Below are positions 8,849 through 17,813 of a DNA stretch of 64,000 bases, piece by piece. Location: contig CBDHHA010000008.1 in the NCBI GenBank assembly GCA_965263255.1, positions 3,525,987 to 3,589,986 on the forward strand, given 5' to 3'. Source of the stretch: Bryobacterales bacterium (GTDB lineage: Bacteria > Acidobacteriota > Terriglobia > Bryobacterales > UBA6623). Position 1 is the first letter of the stretch; the number at the start of each line of letters is the position of its first letter. The notes under the pieces were generated by a model. The model was not told where the DNA came from and did not search any database. It saw only the letters and a program-made list of their open reading frames with translations. A program made the translations under genes and the position numbers.

Positions 8849-10102
8849 TTAGTCCCACCAAGTCTCGCCCTCGGCGAGGTGGGCCTGTACAACATCCGGA
8901 TCGAGTTCGATGCCCAATCCGGGCTTGTCGGGCACCTCGACGAAGCCGCCCTGTGCCAGCGGCCCGTCATGGATGATGACGTCATCCATCCACCCTCCGT
9001 CGAAGAACAGGGTCTCGCATGCGAAGTAATCCCGGATAGTCGAGGCCCAGTGGATGGTGGCCATTCCGTTGACGATGCTGCCGGTGTTGTGGTTCGCCAC
9101 GGGCAGGAAGTACAGGTCCGCGAGATCGGCCATGCGCTTGTTCTCGAGGAACCCGCCCGAATTGCGCAGGTCCGGATGGAGGATGTCGATGGCCGCGTTG
9201 ACCACGAACGGGAGCGCCTCGGCGCGGCGCATCCAGTTCTCGCCGGTGCAGATCGGAACCGGAGACATCTCGGCGAGCCGCTTCCAGCTCTCCGAATACG
9301 CGACGGGAAGCGGATCCTCCAGGAATCGCGGCTTCACGTCCTCGAGCGCTATGGCCATGTCGATCGCACTCCGGAGATCGAATTCCCAGTGGCAGCCGAT
9401 CAGTATGTCGTGCTCGAAGCCGAGCGCCTCGCGGCAGTTCTCGAATCCCAGCCGCAGGCGCCGCAGCTCGTCGCTGGAGAGCATGCGGTTGGACGGGTCG
9501 CGGCCGGGATCGATGCCGGGGCTGTTCCTCAGCGGGCCGAACTTGTGCATGTTGATCCCGAACGGGCTCTCCTTGACATGCTGGGCCCAGTCGCGCAGCA
9601 CGGCCTTGTCGAAGAAATCGTCCGGACGCGAGTGGTCGTAGAGGCGCACGCGGTCGCGGAACTTGCCTCCGAGCAGTTTGTGCGTCGGGACGTCGAGCAA
9701 CTTTCCGGCCAGGTCCCAAAGGGCCATCTCGATGCCGCTCATGGCGCGCTGCTGCGCATGGGCGCTGCCGTCGGTGTAGCGGTATACCGTGTACAGACGG
9801 TCAATCTGCAGGGGATCCTGCCCGACGAAGAGCTCGCGGAGTCCGTCAATCTCCTGCTGGATCCCGAGGCCGGGGGATCCATAGGCTTCGGCGATGCCGT
9901 GGACACCGGCATCGGTATCCACGCGGACCAGCGTGTAGCTCCTCGGCCCCTGGAGCATCATGGTCCGGATGTCGGTGATCTTGACCTTGTTGCGGTCGGC
10001 GGCACTGAGCCTGTGGAACCCAGCCAGCCAGGCCGGTACGGAGTAGCCTGCAGCGGAGGAGAGGAACGACCGCCTTGTCAGCTTGCCCATCGCAGCCAAC
10101 AT
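8849..10102 (-). CDS. Enolase-superfamily (mandelate racemase/muconate lactonising enzyme family) dehydratase with Tat-like signal
   Basis: 417-aa ORF. N-terminus MGKLTRRSFLSSAAG (RRxFL). KITDIRTMMLQ...VRVDTDAGVHGIAEAYG and the barrel region resemble the galactonate/mannonate-dehydratase-like members of the family. Confidence 0.8.
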   Translation of the reverse strand: MLAAMGKLTRRSFLSSAAGYSVPAWLAGFHRLSAADRNKVKITDIRTMMLQGPRSYTLVRVDTDAGVHGIAEAYGSPGLGIQQEIDGLRELFVGQDPLQIDRLYTVYRYTDGSAHAQQRAMSGIEMALWDLAGKLLDVPTHKLLGGKFRDRVRLYDHSRPDDFFDKAVLRDWAQHVKESPFGINMHKFGPLRNSPGIDPGRDPSNRMLSSDELRRLRLGFENCREALGFEHDILIGCHWEFDLRSAIDMAIALEDVKPRFLEDPLPVAYSESWKRLAEMSPVPICTGENWMRRAEALPFVVNAAIDILHPDLRNSGGFLENKRMADLADLYFLPVANHNTGSIVNGMATIHWASTIRDYFACETLFFDGGWMDDVIIHDGPLAQGGFVEVPDKPGLGIELDPDVVQAHLAEGETWWD

Positions 10103-10217
10103 TATAGGGTCGGCCTCCCGGGACCCAAGCCGCCGATCCGCCGCTACCGGGCGGATACGGCCTGAAGGATGGTCGCTGGCGCGGCGCGGGCATGCGCCGG
10201 GCCGGGCGGCACGCGCC

Positions 10218-10571
10218 CTACCTGCGGGGACGCTCTTTCAGGCGGGCCGCCTTGCCCTTCAGCTTCCGCAGGTAGTAGAGCTTGGCCCTTCGCACCCTGT
10301 TTCGCTTGACGACATCGACCTTCTCGATGATCGGCGAATGCAGCGGGAAGATGCGCTCGACACCCTGTCCGAAGCTGACCTTGCGGACCGTGATGGTCTC
10401 GCGGATGCCCGGGTTGTTGCGGGCCAGCAGGATGCCCTCGAAGATCTGGATACGCTCCTTCTCGCCCTCCCTGATCTTGACGTGCACCCGAATCTGGTCG
10501 CCCGGCTCCAGGTCCGGCACGGAAGGCTTGCGATGAGCCTGCTCGACTTTTTCGATAATCGCGTTCTGCAT
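10218..10571 (-). CDS. rplS: 50S ribosomal protein L19
   Basis: 117 aa. GDQIRVHVKIREGEKERIQIFEGILLARNNPGIRETITVRKVSFGQGVERIFPLHSPIIEKVDV is a canonical L19 sequence. It is the last gene of the ffh cluster. Confidence 0.97.
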   Translation of the reverse strand: MQNAIIEKVEQAHRKPSVPDLEPGDQIRVHVKIREGEKERIQIFEGILLARNNPGIRETITVRKVSFGQGVERIFPLHSPIIEKVDVVKRNRVRRAKLYYLRKLKGKAARLKERPRR

Positions 10572-10622
10572 GATCCAGTCTCCAGTATCGCGTCTTGGCT
10601 GCCCGCAGCTGCGGAACCAGCC

Positions 10623-11372
10623 CTAATCCTTGGTAGCGCGCACCCCGGCACCGTCATCCGGCAGCAGGTCCGGTCGGTTGGCGCGTGTCTTCTCCATCGC
10701 TGCTTCGCGACGCCACCGGGAGATTTCCGCGTGGTGGCCGCTGAGCAGCACCTCCGGGACGTCCCACGGGCCACTCTCCGAGTTGGGCGAGTCGTAGCTG
10801 GCGGGACGCGTGTACTGCGGGAAGTCCAGGATCCCCACGTCCCCTCCGGCGCCGGTAGCGAATGACTCGCGCCTTTTCGAGGACTCGTTGCCGAGCACGC
10901 CCGGAAGCAGCCGCGCCACGCTATCGATGACCACCCCGGCGGCCCACTCTCCCCCGCTGAGCACGTAGCTGCCGATCGAGAGCTCCTCGTCGACAAGGTG
11001 GCTCGCCACTCTCTCGTCCACGCCTTCGTACCTTCCGCAGACCAGCACGACGGCATCCATGCCGGCAAGCCTCTCGGCGGCCGCCTGGTCGAACAGCGCC
11101 CCCTGCGCCGAGAGCAGCACCTTGCAGGCGTTGCCGGGGCACTGGGAGCCGATCTCGGCCAGTGCCGAGTCGATCGGTTCGATCTTCATCACCATGCCCT
11201 CGTCGCCTCCGAACGGCCTGTCATCCACTGTGCGATGAGCGTCCGATGTCCAGTTCCTCAGGTCGTGGACCCGGATCTCGACGAGGCCCGATGCCTGGGC
11301 CCGGCCTAGGACGCCGCAGGAGAGCGGGTCCCGGAAGAAATCCGGGAATATCGTCACGATGTGGAACTGCAC
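10623..11372 (-). CDS. trmD: tRNA (guanine37-N1)-methyltransferase
   Basis: 249 aa starting MQFHIVTIFPDFF. It carries VLVCGRYEGVDERV and LLSGHHAEISRWRRE. It sits between rimM and rplS. Confidence 0.95.
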   Translation of the reverse strand: MQFHIVTIFPDFFRDPLSCGVLGRAQASGLVEIRVHDLRNWTSDAHRTVDDRPFGGDEGMVMKIEPIDSALAEIGSQCPGNACKVLLSAQGALFDQAAAERLAGMDAVVLVCGRYEGVDERVASHLVDEELSIGSYVLSGGEWAAGVVIDSVARLLPGVLGNESSKRRESFATGAGGDVGILDFPQYTRPASYDSPNSESGPWDVPEVLLSGHHAEISRWRREAAMEKTRANRPDLLPDDGAGVRATKD

Positions 11373-11373
11373 G

Positions 11374-11913
11374 TCAGGCCTTCAAGTCTTCCATTCCCTC
11401 CGGCAGCCGGACCCGGATCCGCCTCGACTCGAGGTCGATCTGCTGGCAGATCTCGTTCGCGAAGGGCACTAGCATCTCCCTGCGGCACTCGTCGACGACA
11501 GCGAGCAGCAGCACGCCGCCCGGCGGCTCGTAGACCTCCTCGACCCGGCCCATGTCGCGGCCCGACTCGGCGTCCACCAGCCTGCACCCGACGAGGTCGT
11601 CGAGATAGTACTCGCCGGCCTGGAGCGGCTCCAGCGCGCTCCTCTCGCAGCGCACCTGACCTCCCCGCAAGCACTCGGCATCCGAGATCGTCGCGAATCC
11701 GGAGAACCCCAGGATCACGCGACCCTTGTGCTCCCATGACGTAGCGACTTCCAGATCGAGCAGGCTGCGATTCGGAAGCAGCACTTCCAGGCGGGCACCG
11801 GGCTCGAATTGACGCAGGCCGCCCGAGAGATTCTCCGCGGCGACTTCGCCCTTGTTGCCCCAGGGCCGGGAAATCCTAGCCAGTGTTACGTACTCGGCGT
11901 CCTCCTTCTTCAT
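11374..11913 (-). CDS. rimM: 16S rRNA processing protein RimM
   Basis: 179 aa. N-terminal VTLARISRPWGNKGEV and a PRC-barrel-like C-terminus. Its stop lies 1 nt before the trmD start. Confidence 0.9.
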   Translation of the reverse strand: MKKEDAEYVTLARISRPWGNKGEVAAENLSGGLRQFEPGARLEVLLPNRSLLDLEVATSWEHKGRVILGFSGFATISDAECLRGGQVRCERSALEPLQAGEYYLDDLVGCRLVDAESGRDMGRVEEVYEPPGGVLLLAVVDECRREMLVPFANEICQQIDLESRRIRVRLPEGMEDLKA

Positions 11914-11946
11914 GCACGGAGCGTCTCCCGGAACGATCGCGCCCGG

Positions 11947-12201
11947 CTAGTCCTCGAGAATCTCGAGCGTGTAGCGATGGTTGTACTTCATGCTGACGGC
12001 GCCAAGCAGGGTCCGGATGGACTTGGCAGTCCTGCCCTTCTTCCCGATGACCTTGCCAAGGTCGGACGGATGGACGGTGAGTTCCATGACACAACTATGG
12101 TTGCCGTCGACCGCCTCTACCGAGACATCGTCGGGAGTGTCCACGAGGGACTTGACGATCACCTCGATCATTTCAACGACTGATTCCGTGTCCTGGCCCA
12201 T
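11947..12201 (-). CDS. KH-domain RNA-binding protein (UPF0109/YlqC-like)
   Basis: 84 aa. LTVHPSDLGKVIGKKGRTAKSIRTLL contains the KH GxxG loop. It holds the conserved position between rpsP and rimM. Confidence 0.85.
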   Translation of the reverse strand: MGQDTESVVEMIEVIVKSLVDTPDDVSVEAVDGNHSCVMELTVHPSDLGKVIGKKGRTAKSIRTLLGAVSMKYNHRYTLEILED

Positions 12202-12270
12202 CGTTCAAACACCCCGCAGCTTTCGGGCAGCATGCATGATTGCGCTGCCGTTTCCGGTGGGAGCCGGGCC

Positions 12271-12708
12271 TCAGCCCACGTCCTCCGGGATCTCGACGTC
12301 CGAGTCGTCCTCGTCGGCCGCGTCGCCGGTCGGCTGGCCCGGCTGCTGGGACTCGGCGGTCGCGGTCGCCTCCTCTTCGGCCGGCGCCGCGGCAGCCTTC
12401 GCGTCGGCAGCCTGCTCCTCGGCAGCGGCGCTCTCGGCCGCCTCCTCGGGCTCCTCGGCGACTTGCGAGCTGCGCTCGTCGAAGTGCTTCATCAGGCGCG
12501 TGACCGTCTTCGACGGCTGGGCCCCGACGCCCATCCAGTAGTCGATCCGATCGCGCTTGAGCACAACCTCGATCGGATCGGGCCGCGGGTTGTAGTGGCC
12601 CACGATCTCAATGTTCCGGCTGTCCCGCGCGCGGCGACTGTCAATCACTACCACGCGGTAACTGGGCCGCTTCTTGGCACCCGTCCGCGAAAGCCGAATT
12701 GCAACCAT
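12271..12708 (-). CDS. rpsP: 30S ribosomal protein S16 with acidic C-terminal extension
   Basis: MVAIRLSRTGAKKRPSYRVVVIDSRRARDSRNIEIVGHYNP is canonical S16. It is followed by a tail of about 65 aa rich in Ala, Glu and Asp. Confidence 0.95.
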   Translation of the reverse strand: MVAIRLSRTGAKKRPSYRVVVIDSRRARDSRNIEIVGHYNPRPDPIEVVLKRDRIDYWMGVGAQPSKTVTRLMKHFDERSSQVAEEPEEAAESAAAEEQAADAKAAAAPAEEEATATAESQQPGQPTGDAADEDDSDVEIPEDVG

Positions 12709-12737
12709 TGTTTCCTCCGAAGCAAGCCCGGGCAGCG

Positions 12738-14156
12738 CTAGCGGCCCAGCAGCTTGCCGATATCCATCCCGCCTGGCCCTACCGGCCCCGGGGGTAGCAT
12801 CGCGGGCCCCCGCCTGCGCTTGCCTTTCCTGTTCTTCTTCCTGCGCCTGCCGCCAGCAGCCGCCGGAGCCAGGCCGCGCATCATGTCCCGTGCCTGGCGA
12901 TACTGCTTGACCACGCGGTTGACCTCCTGCACGGTGGTGCCGCTGCCAGAGGCAATGCGCCTCCGCCTGCTCCCGTTGAGCAGCCCGTCGTTGGCCCGTT
13001 CCTTGGCGGTCATCGAGTTGATGATCGCCTCGGTGCGGGAGAGTTCCTTCGTGTCGATGTCAGCAGCCTGGATCTGCTTGAACGGCCCTGCGCTGGGCAG
13101 CATGTCGATGATCGACTTGAGCGAGCCCATCTTGCGGACCTGGAGCAGCTGCTTGCGGAAATCCTCGAGCGAGAACTGATCCGCAAGCATGCGCTCCTGC
13201 AACTCGAGCGCCTGCTTCTGGTCGATGTTCTCCTCGACCTGCTCGATCAGCGTGAGCATGTCGCCCATGCCGAGCATCCGGGAGACGATCCGGTCCGGAT
13301 GGAACACCTCGAAGGCGCTGGGCTTCTCGCCGACGCCCAGGAACTTGATCGGGCAGCCGGTGACCTGCCGGATGGAGAGTGCGGCGCCGCCCCGGGCGTC
13401 GCCATCCATCTTGGTGAGAACGACTCCGGTCAGGGCGATGCGTCCGTGGAATTCCGCGGCCGACTTGACGGCATCCTGGCCGGTCATGGCATCCGCTACG
13501 AAGAGGATCTCCGCAGGCTCGAGCGAGTCCTTGAGCTGCCCGAGTTCGTCCATCAGGGCTTGGTCGAGATGCAGCCGCCCCGCCGTGTCGACGAGGACCA
13601 CATCCCGGCCGGTCTGCCGCGCCTCGCGGACCGCGCCGACGGCAAGCTCGAGAGGCGTCGTCTCCGACTCGGCGCCGCGGTATACAGGCTGTGCGATCTG
13701 GCTGGCGACGATTGCAAGCTGCTCGCGGGCAGCGGGCCTCTGCACGTCCACAGACACGAGCAGGGGCTTGCGGCCCTGCTTCGACAGCCACAGGGCCAGT
13801 TTTCCGGACGATGTGGTCTTGCCGGAACCCTGCAGCCCCACCATGAAATAGACCGTGGGCAGCTGGTTGGCCTGCTTGAGCCTGGCCTGTTCGGTGCCGA
13901 GGAGCTCGATCAGCTCGTCCCGGACAATCTTGAGGAGCTGCTCGGCGGGCGATAGCGCGGTCAGGACTTCCTGGTCGACGGCCTTCTCGCGCACCCGCGC
14001 GACGAAGTCCTTGACAACACGGAAGTTGACATCCGCCTCCAGGAGAGCGAGGCGGATTTCCTTCAAGCCCTCCTGGACGTGCTCCTCGGAGAGCCTGCCC
14101 TGGCCGCGCAGGTTCTTGAACGCACGCTGCAGCTTCTCTGAGAGATTGTCGAACAT
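12738..14156 (-). CDS. ffh: Signal recognition particle protein Ffh
   Basis: 472 aa. MFDNLSEKLQRAFKNLRGQGRLSE, P-loop GLQGSGKTTSSGKLA, DTAGRL, TKMDGDARGGAALS, and a Met-rich M domain. Confidence 0.97.
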   Translation of the reverse strand: MFDNLSEKLQRAFKNLRGQGRLSEEHVQEGLKEIRLALLEADVNFRVVKDFVARVREKAVDQEVLTALSPAEQLLKIVRDELIELLGTEQARLKQANQLPTVYFMVGLQGSGKTTSSGKLALWLSKQGRKPLLVSVDVQRPAAREQLAIVASQIAQPVYRGAESETTPLELAVGAVREARQTGRDVVLVDTAGRLHLDQALMDELGQLKDSLEPAEILFVADAMTGQDAVKSAAEFHGRIALTGVVLTKMDGDARGGAALSIRQVTGCPIKFLGVGEKPSAFEVFHPDRIVSRMLGMGDMLTLIEQVEENIDQKQALELQERMLADQFSLEDFRKQLLQVRKMGSLKSIIDMLPSAGPFKQIQAADIDTKELSRTEAIINSMTAKERANDGLLNGSRRRRIASGSGTTVQEVNRVVKQYRQARDMMRGLAPAAAGGRRRKKNRKGKRRRGPAMLPPGPVGPGGMDIGKLLGR

Positions 14157-14419
14157 CGGGATCGACCCGCGCCTCCGAGCACCGCCTTCATCGTCAGGAC
14201 GGCGTTGGAGCCTTCCTCGTGTTCGGGAAAAACGCCTAGGCTACGGGACCGAACGCCACCCCTTGCCCGGCGGGCGTTTACACGATTGTACCACCAAGCC
14301 CTTTGCCCGCGGCGCGAATCGAGGGCCGCAATCGTTCAGCAGCAGCCCGAGGCAGCCGGGACCTGCTAGAATTCTGGGAGCCGCGGCTGAAAGCGGCCTG
14401 CAGAAGGAAAGGGAACTCC

Positions 14420-14932
14420 ATGAGCAGCATCTCACGACGCGCGGTCATCCTGTCCGGCGCAGCAGCGGCAATGTCCGGCAGGGCGGTCGCGGCGCTGGCG
14501 GTCGGTGACGCGGCACCTGACTTCACGCTTCCGGGCACGGACGGGAAGGACGCGAAGCTGTCGGCCTTCCGCGGCAAGAAGAATGTCGTGCTGGCCTTCT
14601 TCCCCAAGGCGTTCACCGGTGGTTGAACGCGCGAGATGAAGGGATACCAGGCTGGTATCCAGCAGTTCACCGACTCCGACTCCGTTGTGTTCGGCGTCAG
14701 CACCGACCCGCTCGACACGAACAAGAAGTTCGCCGAGTCGCTGAGCCTCGAGTTCGCGATCCTCAGCGACGAGGGCGGCGCGGTCTCGAAGAGCTTCGGC
14801 GTCCTCAACGAGCGGATGATGTCCAACCGGACGACGTTCGTCATCGGCAAGGACGGGAACATCGCGCACGTCGAGAGCGGTTCGGGTGCCATCGACCCGG
14901 CCGGCGCGGCAGCCGCCTGCAGCAAGCTCTAG
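14420..14932 (+). CDS. AhpE-like 1-Cys peroxiredoxin, candidate selenoprotein (in-frame UGA 14624-14626 read as Sec), Tat-like signal
   Basis: ORFs 14303..14626 and 14636..14932 are in the same frame (offset 333 nt). The joined protein reads ...[17 protein letters not shown]-[TGA]-TREMKGYQ...FGVSTDP...FAILSD...[11 protein letters not shown]. The TGA sits at the Cys of the Prx motif P-x-x-x-T-x-x-C. The probable start is ATG 14420, preceded by AAGGAAAGGGA, and the N-terminus is [24 protein letters not shown]. Confidence 0.65.
14637..14669 (+). promoter_or_regulatory. Putative bacterial SECIS-like hairpin downstream of the UGA
   Basis: The upper stem 14642-14649 (GGATACCA) pairs with 14653-14660 (TGGTATCC), giving 8 bp. 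The apical loop is GGC, or AGGCU if the closing A-U opens. A possible lower stem is 14637-14640 (TGAA) with 14666-14669 (TTCA). The upper stem starts 15 nt after the UGA. Confidence 0.45.
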
Positions 14933-14986
14933 CGGAACCTCCGCACTCGGTCGGACGGCGGGCCCGCCATTACGTCGGCTCGCCGC

Positions 14987-16176
<1,190 letters not shown>

Positions 16177-16412
16177 GACCCCCTCAGTTTCCCCCAACCG
16201 CCGACGGACGCGCAAAGCGAGAGGGCCCGGCCGAAGAGCCGTCGCAGGCTGGCGGGATCGCAATACCAGGGATCGGTCGCCCGGGACCGAGTCGCGGCCC
16301 GCCATGACTCCGAGCCAAGCGCCTCCCTTCAGCGGCCACCATCGAGTCCGCCAGGGCGAGCTCAACGCGCAAAGTGCGAGTCTCGACGTGGTGTAGAATG
16401 ACCTTTAGGCGT

Positions 16413-16489
16413 GCGCTCGTAGCTCAGCTGGATAGAGCGTCTGGCTACGGACCAGAAGGCCGGGGGTTCGAATCCTCCCGAGCGCGCCA
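16413..16489 (+). tRNA. tRNA-Arg (anticodon ACG), CCA encoded
   Basis: GCGCTCG acceptor stem pairing with CGAGCGC, D-arm TAGCTCAGCTGGATAGAGC, anticodon loop CTACGGA (ACG), T-arm GGGGGTTCGAATCCTCC, discriminator G, then CCA. Very similar to E. coli tRNA-Arg(ACG). A TAGAAT hexamer lies at 16394-16399. Confidence 0.95.
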
Positions 16490-16531
16490 CTCCCCGTCCG
16501 GAGCCGCATCAGGGCTTTCGCGGCCCTGCCG

Positions 16532-17764
16532 CTAGCAGCCGAACACTCTCCCCCTGTGCTGGCCGACCAGTAGCTGGAACAGCCGGTGAGCGATCAGCTC
16601 GTGGAGCGTGAGGAGTTCCCGGTTGCCCTCGACAATCTCGTCGAGGCTGCCGGACGACCCTCCCCCGGCCCTTAGCGCCGCGGTCGCTTCCTGCATGACC
16701 GAATCCTCGAGGACCTCCCCGGCAATGTTCCAGAGCGTGATGAACCGGTCGACGGCCGTCGGGAAGCTGACCTTCCAAACGCCGTAGTTGGAAGTGGTCC
16801 GCGGCGGCTTGAAGTCGAGATTGAACGGCCCCTCGTAGCCGTGGGACCGGAGCAGGACCAGAACGTTCAGCCAGTCCAGCGGGTTCACGATCCCCACGCC
16901 CAGGTCGACATCGTGCTTCAGCGGGTAGCCGTCATTGATGTCGAAGTGGAAGAGCTTGTTGCACAGCAGCGCGCGGGCCAGCACGGCGCGCGTTGCGCCG
17001 CCCCACATCAGCTCGTGCAGGAACTCGGGATTCAGGCCCACCATTTCAGGGTGGTCGAGCAGCCCGCTGGAGATGAAGGCCAGCATGGCGTCGCTGCTTG
17101 GGAGGATGATCTGGGCCTGCGGCTCGAAGGGCTTCGCTTCCAGGCAGTGCTTCAGCGTCTCGCGACCCTTTTCGCTTGCAACCTTGATATCGCGCGCGCA
17201 GGCGGCATTGAGTCCGTCGGCGAACCATCGCAAGGTGTCGGTCTCGTCGGTGGCGCCTTGCACCATGTAACCGAGGGTGCCCGGCCAGTACACGGCGAAG
17301 CGCGCTCCCAGCTCGTGGCCGATGTCGACAGTGTTTTCCAGGCGCCGGGCCGCGTACTCGCGCACCTCGGGGGCTTCCGCGGCGGCGCTGGCAGCGAAGA
17401 CGGGATGGAAGAAGGTCTCGCAAGTGACCATGGAGCACTGCACCCCGTGGTCGCCGAGCGCCTTGTTGATGCGCTCGACCACGGGCCACTGCCGCTCCGA
17501 GAGGAGATCGTCCGTGGCGATGACGTCGCTGTCGTGCGTGGTCCAGCACCGGACTCCGATCTCCCCGAGATGGCGGATGACCTCCTCGAATCCCACCGGC
17601 TCGCGTGTCGGTGCGTGGAAAAGGGCCTGGCCCTCGTAAGCGCCGGCCCACTGAGGGCCGCTGATGTAGTACTTCCGGCGCTCCTCGGGCGAGTAGCTCC
17701 CGCCGGCGGCCTGCATCAGGCGGTCCGTGAGGGCGCGTTGCTGGGAGGGGGGGGTAGAGGGCAT
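16532..17764 (-). CDS. Xylose-isomerase-like TIM-barrel protein (divergent sugar isomerase family member)
   Basis: 410 aa. Motifs alignable by eye to the xylose isomerase family: TTHDSDV (cf FHDxD), YWPGTLGY (cf WGGREGY), LEAKPFEP (cf EPKPxEP), NPEFLHELMWG, FHFDINDG. Confidence 0.65.
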   Translation of the reverse strand: MPSTPPSQQRALTDRLMQAAGGSYSPEERRKYYISGPQWAGAYEGQALFHAPTREPVGFEEVIRHLGEIGVRCWTTHDSDVIATDDLLSERQWPVVERINKALGDHGVQCSMVTCETFFHPVFAASAAAEAPEVREYAARRLENTVDIGHELGARFAVYWPGTLGYMVQGATDETDTLRWFADGLNAACARDIKVASEKGRETLKHCLEAKPFEPQAQIILPSSDAMLAFISSGLLDHPEMVGLNPEFLHELMWGGATRAVLARALLCNKLFHFDINDGYPLKHDVDLGVGIVNPLDWLNVLVLLRSHGYEGPFNLDFKPPRTTSNYGVWKVSFPTAVDRFITLWNIAGEVLEDSVMQEATAALRAGGGSSGSLDEIVEGNRELLTLHELIAHRLFQLLVGQHRGRVFGC

Positions 17765-17813
17765 CTAGTCCAGTAGAACGCCCGTGCTCGAATCGCGTCA
17801 AGCCAACTGCAAT

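Noticed and set aside
16413-16531. tRNA-Arg as the attachment site of an integrated element
   Set aside because: There is no integrase, I noticed no direct repeat of the tRNA 3' end elsewhere in the window, and the flanking genes are ordinary metabolic genes.
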